From sequence record NC_011045.1: 38,841 bases of DNA; one strand, 5' to 3'. The position numbers and the translations under genes were made by a program. The stretch is from Escherichia phage 13a. Position 1 is the first letter of the stretch. Every line of letters begins with the position of its first letter. Below, in pieces: positions 18,706-29,058 of this stretch. The notes beneath the pieces were generated by a model that did no database searches, had not been told where the DNA came from, and saw nothing but the letters and a program-made list of their open reading frames with translations.

Positions 18706-20315
18706 TGGCTGAGAAACGAACAGGACTTGCGGAGGAGGGCGCAAAGTCTGTCTATGAGCGTTTAAAGAATGACCGTGCTCCATACGAGACACGCGCTCAG
18801 AATTGCGCTCAATATACAATCCCTTCATTGTTCCCTAAGGACTCCGATAACGCCTCAACGGACTATGTAACTCCGTGGCAAGCTGTGGGCGCTCGTGGTC
18901 TAAACAATCTAGCCTCTAAGCTCATGCTGGCTCTCTTCCCGATGCAGACTTGGATGCGACTTACTATATCCGAATATGAAGCAAAGCAGCTACTGAGCGA
19001 CCCCGATGGACTCGCTAAGGTCGATGAGGGTCTCTCGATGGTAGAGCGTATCATCATGAACTACATTGAGTCTAACAGCTACCGAGTGACTCTCTTTGAG
19101 GCTCTCAAACAGTTAGTCGTAGCTGGTAATGTCCTGCTGTACCTACCGGAACCGGAAGGGTCAAACTATAATCCCATGAAGCTGTACCGATTGTCTTCTT
19201 ATGTGGTCCAACGAGACGCATTCGGCAACGTTCTGCAAATGGTGACTCGTGACCAGATAGCTTTTGGTGCTCTCCCTGAGGACATCCGTAAGGCTGTAGA
19301 AGGTCAAGGCGGTGAGAAGAAAGCTGATGAGACCATCGACGTGTACACTCACATCTATCTGGATGAGGACTCTGGTGAGTATATCCGATACGAAGAGGTA
19401 GAGGGTATGGAAGTCCAAGGCTCCGATGGGACTTACCCTAAAGAGGCTTGCCCATACATCCCGATTCGTATGGTTCGACTGGACGGAGAATCCTACGGTC
19501 GTTCGTACATTGAGGAATACTTAGGCGACTTGCGGTCCCTTGAGAATCTCCAAGAGGCCATCGTTAAGATGTCCATGATTAGCTCTAAGGTTATCGGCTT
19601 AGTGAATCCTGCTGGTATCACCCAGCCACGCCGACTGACCAAAGCTCAGACTGGTGACTTCGTTACTGGTCGTCCAGAAGACATCTCGTTCCTCCAACTG
19701 GAGAAGCAAGCCGACTTTACCGTAGCCAAGGCTGTCAGTGACGCTATTGAGGCTCGACTTTCGTTTGCCTTTATGTTGAACTCTGCGGTTCAGCGTACAG
19801 GGGAACGTGTGACCGCCGAAGAGATTCGGTATGTCGCTTCTGAACTTGAAGATACTTTAGGTGGTGTCTACTCTATCCTTTCTCAAGAATTACAATTGCC
19901 TCTGGTACGAGTGCTCTTGAAGCAACTACAAGCCACGCAACAGATTCCTGAGTTACCTAAGGAAGCCGTAGAGCCAACTATTAGCACAGGTCTGGAAGCA
20001 ATCGGTCGTGGTCAAGACCTTGATAAGCTGGAGCGTTGTGTCGCTGCGTGGGCTGCACTGGCTCCTATGCGTGATGACCCTGACATCAACCTTGCGATGA
20101 TTAAGCTGCGAATTGCTAACGCTATCGGTATTGACACTTCTGGTATTCTACTCACCGAAGAACAGAAGCAACAGAAGATGGCCCAACAGTCTATGCAAAT
20201 GGGTATGGATAATGGTGCCGCTGCGCTGGCTCAAGGTATGGCTGCACAGGCTACAGCTTCACCTGAGGCTATGGCTGCTGCCGCTGATTCCGTAGGTTTA
20301 CAGCCGGGCATTTAA
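18705..20315 (+). CDS. 8: Head-tail connector (portal) protein gp8 (536 aa)
   Basis: MAEKRTGLAEEGAKSVYERLKNDRAPYETRAQNCAQYTIPSLFPKD... near-identical to T7 gp8; track ORF begins upstream at 18690. Confidence 0.97.
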   Translation: MAEKRTGLAEEGAKSVYERLKNDRAPYETRAQNCAQYTIPSLFPKDSDNASTDYVTPWQAVGARGLNNLASKLMLALFPMQTWMRLTISEYEAKQLLSDPDGLAKVDEGLSMVERIIMNYIESNSYRVTLFEALKQLVVAGNVLLYLPEPEGSNYNPMKLYRLSSYVVQRDAFGNVLQMVTRDQIAFGALPEDIRKAVEGQGGEKKADETIDVYTHIYLDEDSGEYIRYEEVEGMEVQGSDGTYPKEACPYIPIRMVRLDGESYGRSYIEEYLGDLRSLENLQEAIVKMSMISSKVIGLVNPAGITQPRRLTKAQTGDFVTGRPEDISFLQLEKQADFTVAKAVSDAIEARLSFAFMLNSAVQRTGERVTAEEIRYVASELEDTLGGVYSILSQELQLPLVRVLLKQLQATQQIPELPKEAVEPTISTGLEAIGRGQDLDKLERCVAAWAALAPMRDDPDINLAMIKLRIANAIGIDTSGILLTEEQKQQKMAQQSMQMGMDNGAAALAQGMAAQATASPEAMAAAADSVGLQPGI

Positions 20316-20335
20316 TACGACTCACTATAGGGAGA
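20313..20335 (+). promoter_or_regulatory. T7-type promoter phi9
   Basis: taatacgactcactatagggaga exact consensus. Confidence 0.9.
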
Positions 20336-20414
20336 CCTCATCTTTGAAATGAGCGATGACAAGAGGTTGGAGTCCTCGGTCTTCCTGTAGTTCAACTTTA
20401 AGGAGACAATAATA

Positions 20415-21338
20415 ATGGCTGAATCTAATGCAGACGTATATGCATCTTTTGGCGTGAACTCCGCTGTGATGTCTGGTGGTTCCGTTGAGGAACATGAGCA
20501 GAACATGCTGGCTCTTGATGTTGCTGCCCGTGATGGCGATGATGCAATCGAGTTAGCGTCCGACGAAGTGGAAACAGAACGTGACCTGTATGACAACTCT
20601 GACCCGTTCGGTCAAGAGGATGATGAGGGGCGCATTCAGGTTCGTATTGGTGATGGCTCTGAGCCGACCGATGTGGACACTGGTGAAGAAGGCTTTGAGG
20701 GCACCGAAGGTTCCGAAGAGTTTACCCCACTGGGCGAGACTCCAGAAGAACTGGTAGCTGCCTCTGAGCAACTTGGCGAGCACGAAGAGGGCTTCCAAGA
20801 GATGATTAACATTGCTGCCGAGCGTGGCATGAGCGTCGAGACCATTGAGGCCATCCAGCGTGAGTACGAGGAGAACGAAGAGTTGTCCGCTGAGTCCTAC
20901 GCTAAGCTGGCTGAAATTGGCTACACTAAGGCTTTCATTGACTCGTATATCCGTGGTCAAGAAGCTCTGGTGGAGCAGTACGTAAACAGTATCGTTGAGT
21001 ACGCTGGTGGTCGTGAACGTTTTGACGCACTCTATAGTCACCTTGAGACGCACAACCCTGAGGCTGCACAGTCGCTGGACAATGCGTTGACCAATCGTGA
21101 CTTAGCGACCGTTAAGGCTATCATCAACTTGGCTGGTGAGTCTCGCGCTAAGGCGTTCGGTCGTAAGCCAACTCGTAGTGTGACTAATCGTGCTATTCCG
21201 GCTAAACCTCAGGCTACCAAGCGTGAAGGCTTTGCGGACCGTAGCGAGATGATTAAAGCTATGAGCGACCCTCGGTATCGTACAGATGCCAACTATCGTC
21301 GTCAAGTCGAACAGAAAGTAATCGATTCGAACTTCTGA
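20415..21338 (+). CDS. 9: Capsid assembly (scaffolding) protein gp9 (307 aa)
   Basis: Acidic 307-aa protein MAESNADVYASFGVNSAVMSGGSVEEHEQNMLALD... T7 gp9-like. Confidence 0.97.
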   Translation: MAESNADVYASFGVNSAVMSGGSVEEHEQNMLALDVAARDGDDAIELASDEVETERDLYDNSDPFGQEDDEGRIQVRIGDGSEPTDVDTGEEGFEGTEGSEEFTPLGETPEELVAASEQLGEHEEGFQEMINIAAERGMSVETIEAIQREYEENEELSAESYAKLAEIGYTKAFIDSYIRGQEALVEQYVNSIVEYAGGRERFDALYSHLETHNPEAAQSLDNALTNRDLATVKAIINLAGESRAKAFGRKPTRSVTNRAIPAKPQATKREGFADRSEMIKAMSDPRYRTDANYRRQVEQKVIDSNF

Positions 21339-21351
21339 TAGACTCTGAAAT

Positions 21352-21374
21352 TAATACGACTCACTATAGGGAGA
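21352..21374 (+). promoter_or_regulatory. T7-type promoter phi10 (strong late promoter)
   Basis: taatacgactcactatagggaga followed by gene-10 leader and aaggag SD. Confidence 0.92.
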
Positions 21375-21436
21375 CCACAACGGTTTCCCTCTAGAAATCA
21401 TTCTTTGTTTAACTTTCTTAAGAAGGAGACATACAT

Positions 21437-22471
21437 ATGGCTAACATGACTGGTGGACAGCAAATGGGTACTAACCAAGGTAAAGGTGTAGTTGCTGCTG
21501 GTGATAAACTGGCGTTGTTCTTGAAGGTATTTGGTGGTGAAGTTCTGACTGCATTCGCTCGTACCTCTGTGACCACTTCTCGCCACATGGTCCGTTCCAT
21601 CTCCAGCGGTAAATCCGCTCAGTTCCCTGTTCTGGGTCGCACTCAGGCAGCGTATCTGGCTCCGGGTGAGAACCTCGACGATAAACGTAAAGACATCAAA
21701 CACACCGAGAAGGTAATCACCATTGATGGTCTCCTGACGGCTGACGTTCTGATTTACGATATTGAGGACGCGATGAACCACTATGACGTTCGCTCTGAGT
21801 ATACCTCTCAGTTGGGCGAGTCTCTGGCGATGGCTGCTGATGGTGCGGTTCTGGCTGAGATTGCTGGTCTGTGTAACGTGGAAAGCCAATATGATGAGAA
21901 CATTGCGGGTCTGGGCGCTGCCACTGTGATTGAGACCACTCAGAACAAGGCTGCACTTACCGACCAAGTTGCGCTGGGCAAGGAGATTATTGCAGCTCTG
22001 ACTAAGGCTCGTGCGGCTCTGACTAAGAACTATGTTCCGGCTGCTGACCGTGTGTTCTACTGCGACCCAGATAGCTACTCTGCGATTCTGGCAGCACTGA
22101 TGCCGAACGCGGCAAACTACGCTGCTCTGATTGACCCTGAGAAGGGTTCTATCCGTAACGTTATGGGCTTTGAGGTTGTAGAAGTTCCGCACCTCACTGC
22201 TGGTGGCGCTGGTACCTCTCGCGAGGGCACTGCTGGTCAGAAGCACGCCTTCCCTGCCACTAAGAGTGGTAACGACAAGGTTGCTAAGGACAACGTTATC
22301 GGCCTGTTCATGCACCGCTCTGCGGTAGGTACTGTTAAGCTGCGTGACTTGGCTCTGGAGCGCGCTCGCCGTGCTAACTTCCAAGCGGACCAGATTATCG
22401 CTAAGTACGCAATGGGCCACGGTGGTCTGCGCCCCGAAGCTGCTGGTGCGGTGGTTTTCACGGGGGAGTAA
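21437..22471 (+). CDS. 10: Major capsid protein 10A (344 aa)
   Basis: MANMTGGQQMGTNQGKGVVAAGDKLALFLKVFGGEVLTAFARTSVTTSRHMVRSISSGKSAQFPVLGRTQAAYLAPGENLDDKRKDIKH... Confidence 0.99.
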   Translation: MANMTGGQQMGTNQGKGVVAAGDKLALFLKVFGGEVLTAFARTSVTTSRHMVRSISSGKSAQFPVLGRTQAAYLAPGENLDDKRKDIKHTEKVITIDGLLTADVLIYDIEDAMNHYDVRSEYTSQLGESLAMAADGAVLAEIAGLCNVESQYDENIAGLGAATVIETTQNKAALTDQVALGKEIIAALTKARAALTKNYVPAADRVFYCDPDSYSAILAALMPNAANYAALIDPEKGSIRNVMGFEVVEVPHLTAGGAGTSREGTAGQKHAFPATKSGNDKVAKDNVIGLFMHRSAVGTVKLRDLALERARRANFQADQIIAKYAMGHGGLRPEAAGAVVFTGE

Positions 22472-22629
22472 TGCTGGGAGTGACCTCAACGGTCGCTGCT
22501 AGTCCCGAAGAGGTGAGTGTTACTTCAACAGAAGAAACCTTAACGCCAGCACAGAAGGCCGCACGCACACGCGCTGCTAACAAAGCCCGAAAGGAAGCTG
22601 AGTTGGCTGCTGCCACCGCTGAGCAATAA
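21437..22629 (+). CDS. 10: Minor capsid protein 10B via -1 ribosomal frameshift near 22453-22459
   Basis: The -1 frame stays open from 22459 to TAA 22627-22629 (57 codons), giving about 398 aa as for T7 10B; slippery ggttttc at 22453-22459. Confidence 0.7.
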
Positions 22630-22635
22630 CTAGCA

Positions 22636-22677
22636 TACCCCTTGGGGCCTCTAAACGGGTCTTGAGGGGTTTTTTGC
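22636..22677 (+). terminator. T7 RNAP terminator Tphi
   Basis: ccccttggggcctctaaacgggtcttgaggggttttttg hairpin + U-run. Confidence 0.92.
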
Positions 22678-22693
22678 TTAAAGGAGGAACTAT

Positions 22694-23284
22694 ATGCGCT
22701 CTTACGATATGAACGTTGAGACTGCCGCTGAGTTATCCGCTGTTAACGACATTCTGGCATCTATCGGCGAACCTCCGGTATCGACGCTGGAAGGTGACTC
22801 TAACGCAGACGTAGCGAACGCTCGGCGTATTCTCAACAAGATTAACCGTCAGATTCAGTCTCGTGGCTGGACGTTCAACATTGAGGAAGGCATAACGCTA
22901 TTACCTGATGTTTACTCCAACCTGATTGTATACAGTGACGACTATTTGTCCCTAATGGCTACTTCCGGTCAATCCATCTACGTTAACCGAGGTGGCTATG
23001 TGTATGACCGAACGAGTCAATCAGACCGCTTTGACTCTGGCATTACCGTGAACATTATTCGTCTCCGAGACTACGATGAGATGCCTGAGTGCTTCCGTTA
23101 CTGGATTGTCACCAAGGCTTCCCGTCAGTTCAACAACCGATTCTTTGGGGCACCGGAAGTAGAGGGTGTACTTCAAGAAGAGGAAGATGAGGCTAGACGT
23201 CTCTGCATGGAGTATGAGATGGACTACGGTGGGTACAATATGCTGGATGGCGATGCGTTCACCTCTGGTCTACTGACTCGCTGA
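22694..23284 (+). CDS. 11: Tail tubular protein A gp11 (196 aa)
   Basis: [35 protein letters not shown]... T7 gp11-like. Confidence 0.97.
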   Translation: MRSYDMNVETAAELSAVNDILASIGEPPVSTLEGDSNADVANARRILNKINRQIQSRGWTFNIEEGITLLPDVYSNLIVYSDDYLSLMATSGQSIYVNRGGYVYDRTSQSDRFDSGITVNIIRLRDYDEMPECFRYWIVTKASRQFNNRFFGAPEVEGVLQEEEDEARRLCMEYEMDYGGYNMLDGDAFTSGLLTR

Positions 23285-23305
23285 TTAATAAATAAGGAGG
23301 CTCTA

Positions 23306-25690
23306 ATGGCACTCATTAGCCAATCAATCAAGAACTTGAAGGGTGGTATCAGTCAACAGCCTGACATCCTTCGTTATCCAGACCAAGGGTCACGCCAAGT
23401 TAACGGTTGGTCTTCGGAGACCGAGGGCCTCCAAAAGCGTCCACCTCTGGTTTTCCTTAAGACACTTGGATACAACGGTGCGTTAGGTCAAGCTCCGTAT
23501 ATCCACCTGATTAACCGAGATGAGCACGAACAGTATTACGCTGTGTTCACTGGTAGTGGAATCAGAGTGTTCGACCTTGCTGGTAACGAGAAGCAAGTTA
23601 GGTATCCTAACGGTTCCAACTACATCAATACCGCTAATCCACGTAACGACCTGCGAATGGTTACTGTAGCAGACTATACGTTCATTGTTAACCGCAATGT
23701 TGTTGCACAGAAGAACACAAATTCTGTCAACTTACCGAATTACAACCCTAATCAAGACGGATTGATTAACGTTCGTGGTGGTCAGTATGGTAGGGAACTA
23801 ATTGTACACATTAACGGTAAAGACGTTGCGAAGTATAAGATACCAGATGGTAGTAAACCTGAACACGTAAACAATACGGATGCCCAATGGTTAGCTGAAG
23901 AGTTAGCCAATCAGATGCGCACTAACTTGTCTGATTGGACTGTAAATGTAGGGCAAGGGTTCATCCATGTGACCGCACCTAGCGGTCAACAGATTGACTC
24001 CTTCACGACTAAAGATGGCTACGCAGACCAGTTGATTAACCCTGTGACCCACTACGCTCAGTCGTTCTCTAAGCTGCCACCTAATGCTCCTAACGGCTAC
24101 ATGGTGAAAATCGTAGGGGACGCCTCTAAGTCTGCCGACCAGTATTACGTTCGGTATGACGATGAGCGGAAAGTTTGGACTGAGACTTTAGGTTGGAACA
24201 CTGAGGACCAAGTTCTATGGGAAACCATGCCACACGCTCTTGTGCGAGCCGCTGACGGTAATTTCGACTTCAAGTGGCTTGAGTGGTCTCCTAAGTCTTG
24301 TGGGGACGTTGACACCAACCCTTGGCCTTCTTTTGTTGGTTCAAGTATTAACGATGTGTTCTTCTTCCGTAACCGCTTAGGATTCCTTAGTGGGGAGAAC
24401 ATCATATTGAGTCGTACAGCCAAATACTTCAACTTCTACCCTGCGTCCATTGCGAACCTTAGTGATGACGACCCTATAGACGTAGCTGTGAGTACCAACC
24501 GAATAGCAATCCTTAAGTACGCCGTTCCGTTCTCAGAAGAGTTACTCATCTGGTCCGATGAAGCACAATTCGTCCTGACTGCCTCTGGTACTCTCACATC
24601 TAAGTCGGTTGAGTTGAACCTAACGACCCAGTTTGACGTACAGGACCGAGCGAGACCTTTTGGGATTGGGCGCAATGTCTACTTTGCTAGTCCGAGGTCC
24701 AGCTTCACGTCAATCCACAGGTACTACGCTGTGCAGGATGTCAGTTCCGTTAAGAATGCTGAGGACATTACATCCCACGTTCCTAACTACATCCCTAATG
24801 GTGTGTTCAGTATTTGCGGAAGTGGTACGGAAAACTTCTGTTCGGTACTATCTCACGGGGACCCTAGTAAAATCTTCATGTACAAATTCCTGTACCTGAA
24901 CGAGGAGTTAAGACAACAATCATGGTCTCATTGGGACTTTGGGGAAAACGTGCAGGTTCTAGCTTGTCAGAGCATCAACTCAGATATGTATGTTATTCTT
25001 CGCAATGAGTTCAATACGTTCCTAGCTAAAATCTCTTTCACTAAGAACGCCATTGACTTACGAGGCGAACCTTACCGTGCCTTTATGGACATGAAGATTC
25101 GCTACACGATTCCTAGCGGAACATACAACGATGACACCTATACTACCTCTATCCATATTCCAACTATTTATGGTGCAAACTTCGGGAGGGGCAAAATCAC
25201 CGTATTGGAGCCTGATGGTAAGATAACCGTATTTGAGCAACCTACGGCTGGGTGGAGTAGCGACCCTTGGCTGAGACTCAGCGGTAACTTAGAGGGACGT
25301 ATGGTGTACATCGGGTTCAACATTCACTTCGTCTATGAGTTCTCTAAGTTCCTCATCAAGCAAACCGCTGACGATGGGTCTACCTCCACGGAAGACATTG
25401 GTCGTTTACAGCTACGCCGAGCGTGGGTTAACTACGAGGATTCTGGTACGTTCGACATTTATGTTGAGAACCAATCGTCCAACTGGAAGTACACAATGGC
25501 TGGTGCACGATTAGGCTCTAACAGTCTGAGGGCTGGGCGGTTGAACTTAGGGACCGGACAATACCGATTCCCTGTGGTGGGCAACGCCAAGTTCAATACC
25601 GTATATATCTTGTCCGATGAGACTACCCCGCTGAACATCATTGGGTGTGGCTGGGAAGGTAACTACTTACGGAGAAGTTCCGGTATTTAA
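23306..25690 (+). CDS. 12: Tail tubular protein B gp12 (794 aa)
   Basis: MALISQSIKNLKGGISQQPDILRYPDQGSRQVNGWSSETEGLQKRPPLVF... T7 gp12-like. Confidence 0.97.
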   Translation: MALISQSIKNLKGGISQQPDILRYPDQGSRQVNGWSSETEGLQKRPPLVFLKTLGYNGALGQAPYIHLINRDEHEQYYAVFTGSGIRVFDLAGNEKQVRYPNGSNYINTANPRNDLRMVTVADYTFIVNRNVVAQKNTNSVNLPNYNPNQDGLINVRGGQYGRELIVHINGKDVAKYKIPDGSKPEHVNNTDAQWLAEELANQMRTNLSDWTVNVGQGFIHVTAPSGQQIDSFTTKDGYADQLINPVTHYAQSFSKLPPNAPNGYMVKIVGDASKSADQYYVRYDDERKVWTETLGWNTEDQVLWETMPHALVRAADGNFDFKWLEWSPKSCGDVDTNPWPSFVGSSINDVFFFRNRLGFLSGENIILSRTAKYFNFYPASIANLSDDDPIDVAVSTNRIAILKYAVPFSEELLIWSDEAQFVLTASGTLTSKSVELNLTTQFDVQDRARPFGIGRNVYFASPRSSFTSIHRYYAVQDVSSVKNAEDITSHVPNYIPNGVFSICGSGTENFCSVLSHGDPSKIFMYKFLYLNEELRQQSWSHWDFGENVQVLACQSINSDMYVILRNEFNTFLAKISFTKNAIDLRGEPYRAFMDMKIRYTIPSGTYNDDTYTTSIHIPTIYGANFGRGKITVLEPDGKITVFEQPTAGWSSDPWLRLSGNLEGRMVYIGFNIHFVYEFSKFLIKQTADDGSTSTEDIGRLQLRRAWVNYEDSGTFDIYVENQSSNWKYTMAGARLGSNSLRAGRLNLGTGQYRFPVVGNAKFNTVYILSDETTPLNIIGCGWEGNYLRRSSGI

Positions 25691-25720
25691 TTAAATGTTC
25701 TCCCTGTGGTGGCTCGAAAT

Positions 25721-25743
25721 TAATACGACTCACTATAGGGAGA
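25721..25743 (+). promoter_or_regulatory. T7-type promoter phi13
   Basis: taatacgactcactatagggaga exact consensus. Confidence 0.9.
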
Positions 25744-25770
25744 ACAATACGACTACGGGAGGGTTTTCTT

Positions 25771-26187
25771 ATGATGATTATAAGACCTACTAAAAGTACA
25801 GACTTTGATGTATTCACTCCGGCTCACCATGACATTCTTGAAGCTAAGGCTGCTGGTATTGAGCCAAGTTTCCCTGATGCTTCCGAGTGTGTCACGTTGA
25901 GCCTCTATGGGTTCCCTCTAGCCATCGGTGGCAACTGCGAGGGCCAGTGTTGGTTCGTAACGAGCGACCAAGTGTGGCGACTTAGTGGAAAGGCTAAGCT
26001 AGAGTTCCGTAAGTTAATCATGGAGTATCGCGATAAGATGCTTGAGAAGTATGATACTCTTTGGAATTACGTATGGGTAGGCAATACGTCCCACATTCGT
26101 TTCCTCAAGACTATCGGTGCGGTATTCCATGAAGAGTACACACGGGATGGTCAATTTCAATTATTCACAATCACGAAAGGAGGATAA
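25771..26187 (+). CDS. 13: Internal virion protein A gp13 (138 aa)
   Basis: MMIIRPTKSTDFDVFTPAHHDILEAKAAGIEPSFPDASEC... T7 gp13-like. Confidence 0.93.
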   Translation: MMIIRPTKSTDFDVFTPAHHDILEAKAAGIEPSFPDASECVTLSLYGFPLAIGGNCEGQCWFVTSDQVWRLSGKAKLEFRKLIMEYRDKMLEKYDTLWNYVWVGNTSHIRFLKTIGAVFHEEYTRDGQFQLFTITKGG

Positions 26188-26191
26188 CCAT

Positions 26192-26782
26192 ATGTGTTGG
26201 AGTGCTGCAATTCCTATCGCATTGGCTGGTGCTCAGGCTATCAGTGGTCAGAACACTCAGGCCAAAATGATTGCCGCTCAGACCGCTGCTGGTCGTCGTC
26301 AAGCTATGGAAATCATGAGGCAGACGAACATCCAGAATGCTGACCTATCGTTGCAAGCTCGAAGTAAACTTGAGGAAGCGTCCGCCGAGTTAACCTCACA
26401 GAACATGCAGAAGGTCCAAGCTATGGGGTCTATCCGAGCGGCTATCGGAGAGAGTATGCTTGAAGGTTCCTCAATGGACCGCATTAAGAGAGTCACAGAA
26501 GGACAGTTCATTAGGGAAGCCAATATGGTAACTGAGAACTATCGCCGTGACTACCAAGCAATCTTCGCACAGCAACTTGGTGGCACTCAAAGTGCTGCAA
26601 GTCAGATTGACGAAATATATAATAGCGAACAGAAACAGAAGAGTAAGCTACAGATGGTTCTGGACCCACTGGCCGCCATGGGGTCTTCCGCTGCGAGCGC
26701 TTACGCATCCGGTGCGTTCGACTCTAAGTCCACAACTAAGGCACCTATTGTTGCCGCTAAAGGAACCAAGACGGGGAGGTAA
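26192..26782 (+). CDS. 14: Internal virion protein B gp14 (196 aa)
   Basis: ATG with aaaggagg SD; MCWSAAIPIALAGAQAISGQNTQAKMIAAQTAAGRRQ...; track ORF is an upstream extension. Confidence 0.93.
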   Translation: MCWSAAIPIALAGAQAISGQNTQAKMIAAQTAAGRRQAMEIMRQTNIQNADLSLQARSKLEEASAELTSQNMQKVQAMGSIRAAIGESMLEGSSMDRIKRVTEGQFIREANMVTENYRRDYQAIFAQQLGGTQSAASQIDEIYNSEQKQKSKLQMVLDPLAAMGSSAASAYASGAFDSKSTTKAPIVAAKGTKTGR

Positions 26783-26788
26783 TGAGCT

Positions 26789-29032
26789 ATGAGTAAAATT
26801 GAATCTGCCCTTCAAGCGGCACAACCGGGACTCTCTCGGTTACGTGGTGGTGCTGGAGGTATGGGCTATCGTGCAGCAACCACTCAGGCCGAACAGCCAA
26901 GGTCAAGCCTATTGGACACCATTGGTCGGTTCGCTAAGGCTGGTGCCGATATGTATACCGCTAAGGAACAACGAGCACGAGACCTAGCTGATGAACGCTC
27001 TAACGAGATTATCCGTAAGCTGACCCCTGAGCAACGCCGAGAAGCTCTCAACAACGGGACACTTCTGTATCAGGATGACCCATACGCTATGGAAGCACTC
27101 CGAGTCAAGACTGGTCGTAACGCTGCGTATCTTGTGGACGATGACGTTATGCAGAAGATCAAAGAGGGTGTCTTCCGTACTCGCGAAGAGATGGAAGAGT
27201 ATCGCCATAGTCGTCTTCAAGAGGGCGCTAAGGCATACGCTGAGCAGTTTGGTATTGACCCTGAGGACGTTGATTATCAGCGTGGTTTCAACGGGGACAT
27301 TACCGAGCGTAACATCTCGCTGTATGGTGCGCATGATAACTTCTTGAGCCAGCAAGCTCAGAAGGGTGCTATCATGAACAGCCGAGTGGAACTCAACGGT
27401 GTCCTTCAAGACCCTGATATGCTGCGTCGTCCAGACTCTGCTGACTTCTTTGAGAAGTACATCGACAACGGTCTAGTAACTGGTGCTATCCCTTCCGATG
27501 CCCAAGCCACACAGCTTATAAGTCAAGCGTTCAGTGACGCTTCTAGCCGTGCTGGTGGAGCTGACTTCCTGATGCGAGTCGGTGACAAGAAGGTAACGCT
27601 CAATGGGGCCACTACGACTTACCGAGAGTTGATGGGTGAAGAACAGTGGAATGCTCTCATGGTAACAGCACAACGTTCTCAGTTTGAGAATGACGCTAAG
27701 CTGAACGAGCAGTATCGTTTGAAGATTAACTCTGCGCTGAACCAAGAGGACCCTCGTACTTCGTGGGAGATGCTTCAAGGTATCAAGGCTGAACTCGATA
27801 AGGTTCAACCTGATGAGCAGATGACACCACAACGTGAGTGGTTAATCTCAGCACAGGAGCAAGTTCAGAATCAGATGAACGCATGGACGAAAGCTCAGGC
27901 CAAGGCTCTGGACGATTCCATGAAGTCAATGAACAAACTTGACGTAATCGACAAGCAATTCCAGAAGCGAATTAACGGTGAGTGGGTCTCAACGGACTTC
28001 AAGGACATGCCAGTCAATGAGAACACTGGCGAGTTCAAGCATAGCGATATGGTTAACTACGCCAATAAGAAGCTCGCTGAGATTGACAGTATGGACATTC
28101 CAGACGCTGCCAAGGACGCTATGAAGCTGAAGTATCTTCAAGCTGACTCTAAGGACGGAGCATTCCGTACAGCAATCGGAACTATGGTGACTGATGCTGG
28201 TCAAGAGTGGTCTGCCGCTGTGATTAACGGTAAGTTACCAGAACGAACACCAGCTATGGATGCTCTACGCAGAATCCGCAATGCTGACCCTCAGTTGATT
28301 GCCGCTCTGTATCCTGACCAAGCTGAGTTATTCCTGACGATGGACATGATGGACAAGCAGGGCATTGACCCTCAGGTTATTCTTGACGCTGACCGACTGA
28401 CTGCCAAACGTTCCAAAGAGCAACGCTTCGAGGATGATAAGGCATTCGAGTCTGCACTGAATAGCTCTACGGCCCCTGAGATTGCTCGTATGCCAGCGTC
28501 ACTTCGTGAATCTGCGCGTAAGATTTATGACTCCGTTAAGTATCGCTCAGGGAACGAAAGCATGGCTATGGAGCAGATGACCAAGTTCCTTCAGGAATCT
28601 ACCTACACGTTCACTGGTGATGATGTTGACGGTGATACCGTTGGTGTAATTCCGAAGAACATGATGCAAGTCAACTCTGACCCGAAATCATGGGAGCAAG
28701 GTCGTGATATTCTGGAGGAAGCACGTAAGGGAATCATTGCGAGCAACCCTTGGATAACCAATAAGCAACTGACCATGTATTCACAAGGTGACTCCATTTA
28801 CCTTATGGACACCACTGGTCAAGTCAGAGTCCGATACGACAAAGAGTTACTCTCGAAGGTCTGGAGTGAGAACCAGAAGAAACTCGAAGAGAAAGCTCGC
28901 GAGAAGGCTCTGGCTGATGTTAACAAGCGAGCACCTATCGTTGCCGCTACGAAGGCCCGTGAAGCTGCTGCTAAACTAGTACGAGATAAACGTAAACAGA
29001 CTCCTAAGTTCATCTACGGACGCAAGGAGTAA
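26789..29032 (+). CDS. 15: Internal virion protein C gp15 (747 aa)
   Basis: 747-aa ORF, same size and order as T7 gp15. Confidence 0.95.
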   Translation: MSKIESALQAAQPGLSRLRGGAGGMGYRAATTQAEQPRSSLLDTIGRFAKAGADMYTAKEQRARDLADERSNEIIRKLTPEQRREALNNGTLLYQDDPYAMEALRVKTGRNAAYLVDDDVMQKIKEGVFRTREEMEEYRHSRLQEGAKAYAEQFGIDPEDVDYQRGFNGDITERNISLYGAHDNFLSQQAQKGAIMNSRVELNGVLQDPDMLRRPDSADFFEKYIDNGLVTGAIPSDAQATQLISQAFSDASSRAGGADFLMRVGDKKVTLNGATTTYRELMGEEQWNALMVTAQRSQFENDAKLNEQYRLKINSALNQEDPRTSWEMLQGIKAELDKVQPDEQMTPQREWLISAQEQVQNQMNAWTKAQAKALDDSMKSMNKLDVIDKQFQKRINGEWVSTDFKDMPVNENTGEFKHSDMVNYANKKLAEIDSMDIPDAAKDAMKLKYLQADSKDGAFRTAIGTMVTDAGQEWSAAVINGKLPERTPAMDALRRIRNADPQLIAALYPDQAELFLTMDMMDKQGIDPQVILDADRLTAKRSKEQRFEDDKAFESALNSSTAPEIARMPASLRESARKIYDSVKYRSGNESMAMEQMTKFLQESTYTFTGDDVDGDTVGVIPKNMMQVNSDPKSWEQGRDILEEARKGIIASNPWITNKQLTMYSQGDSIYLMDTTGQVRVRYDKELLSKVWSENQKKLEEKAREKALADVNKRAPIVAATKAREAAAKLVRDKRKQTPKFIYGRKE

Positions 29033-29058
29033 CTAAAGGCTACATAAGGAGGCCCTAA

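Noticed and set aside
21398-22489. 363-aa minus-strand ORF opposite the major capsid gene
   Set aside because: Antisense to gene 10, low-complexity Ser/Thr-rich translation; no signals
21352-22677. Possible expression-vector contamination (promoter, gene-10 leader and terminator as in common T7 expression plasmids)
   Set aside because: These elements sit in their native phage context between genes 9 and 11 with a full capsid gene; the vectors derive from T7, not the reverse
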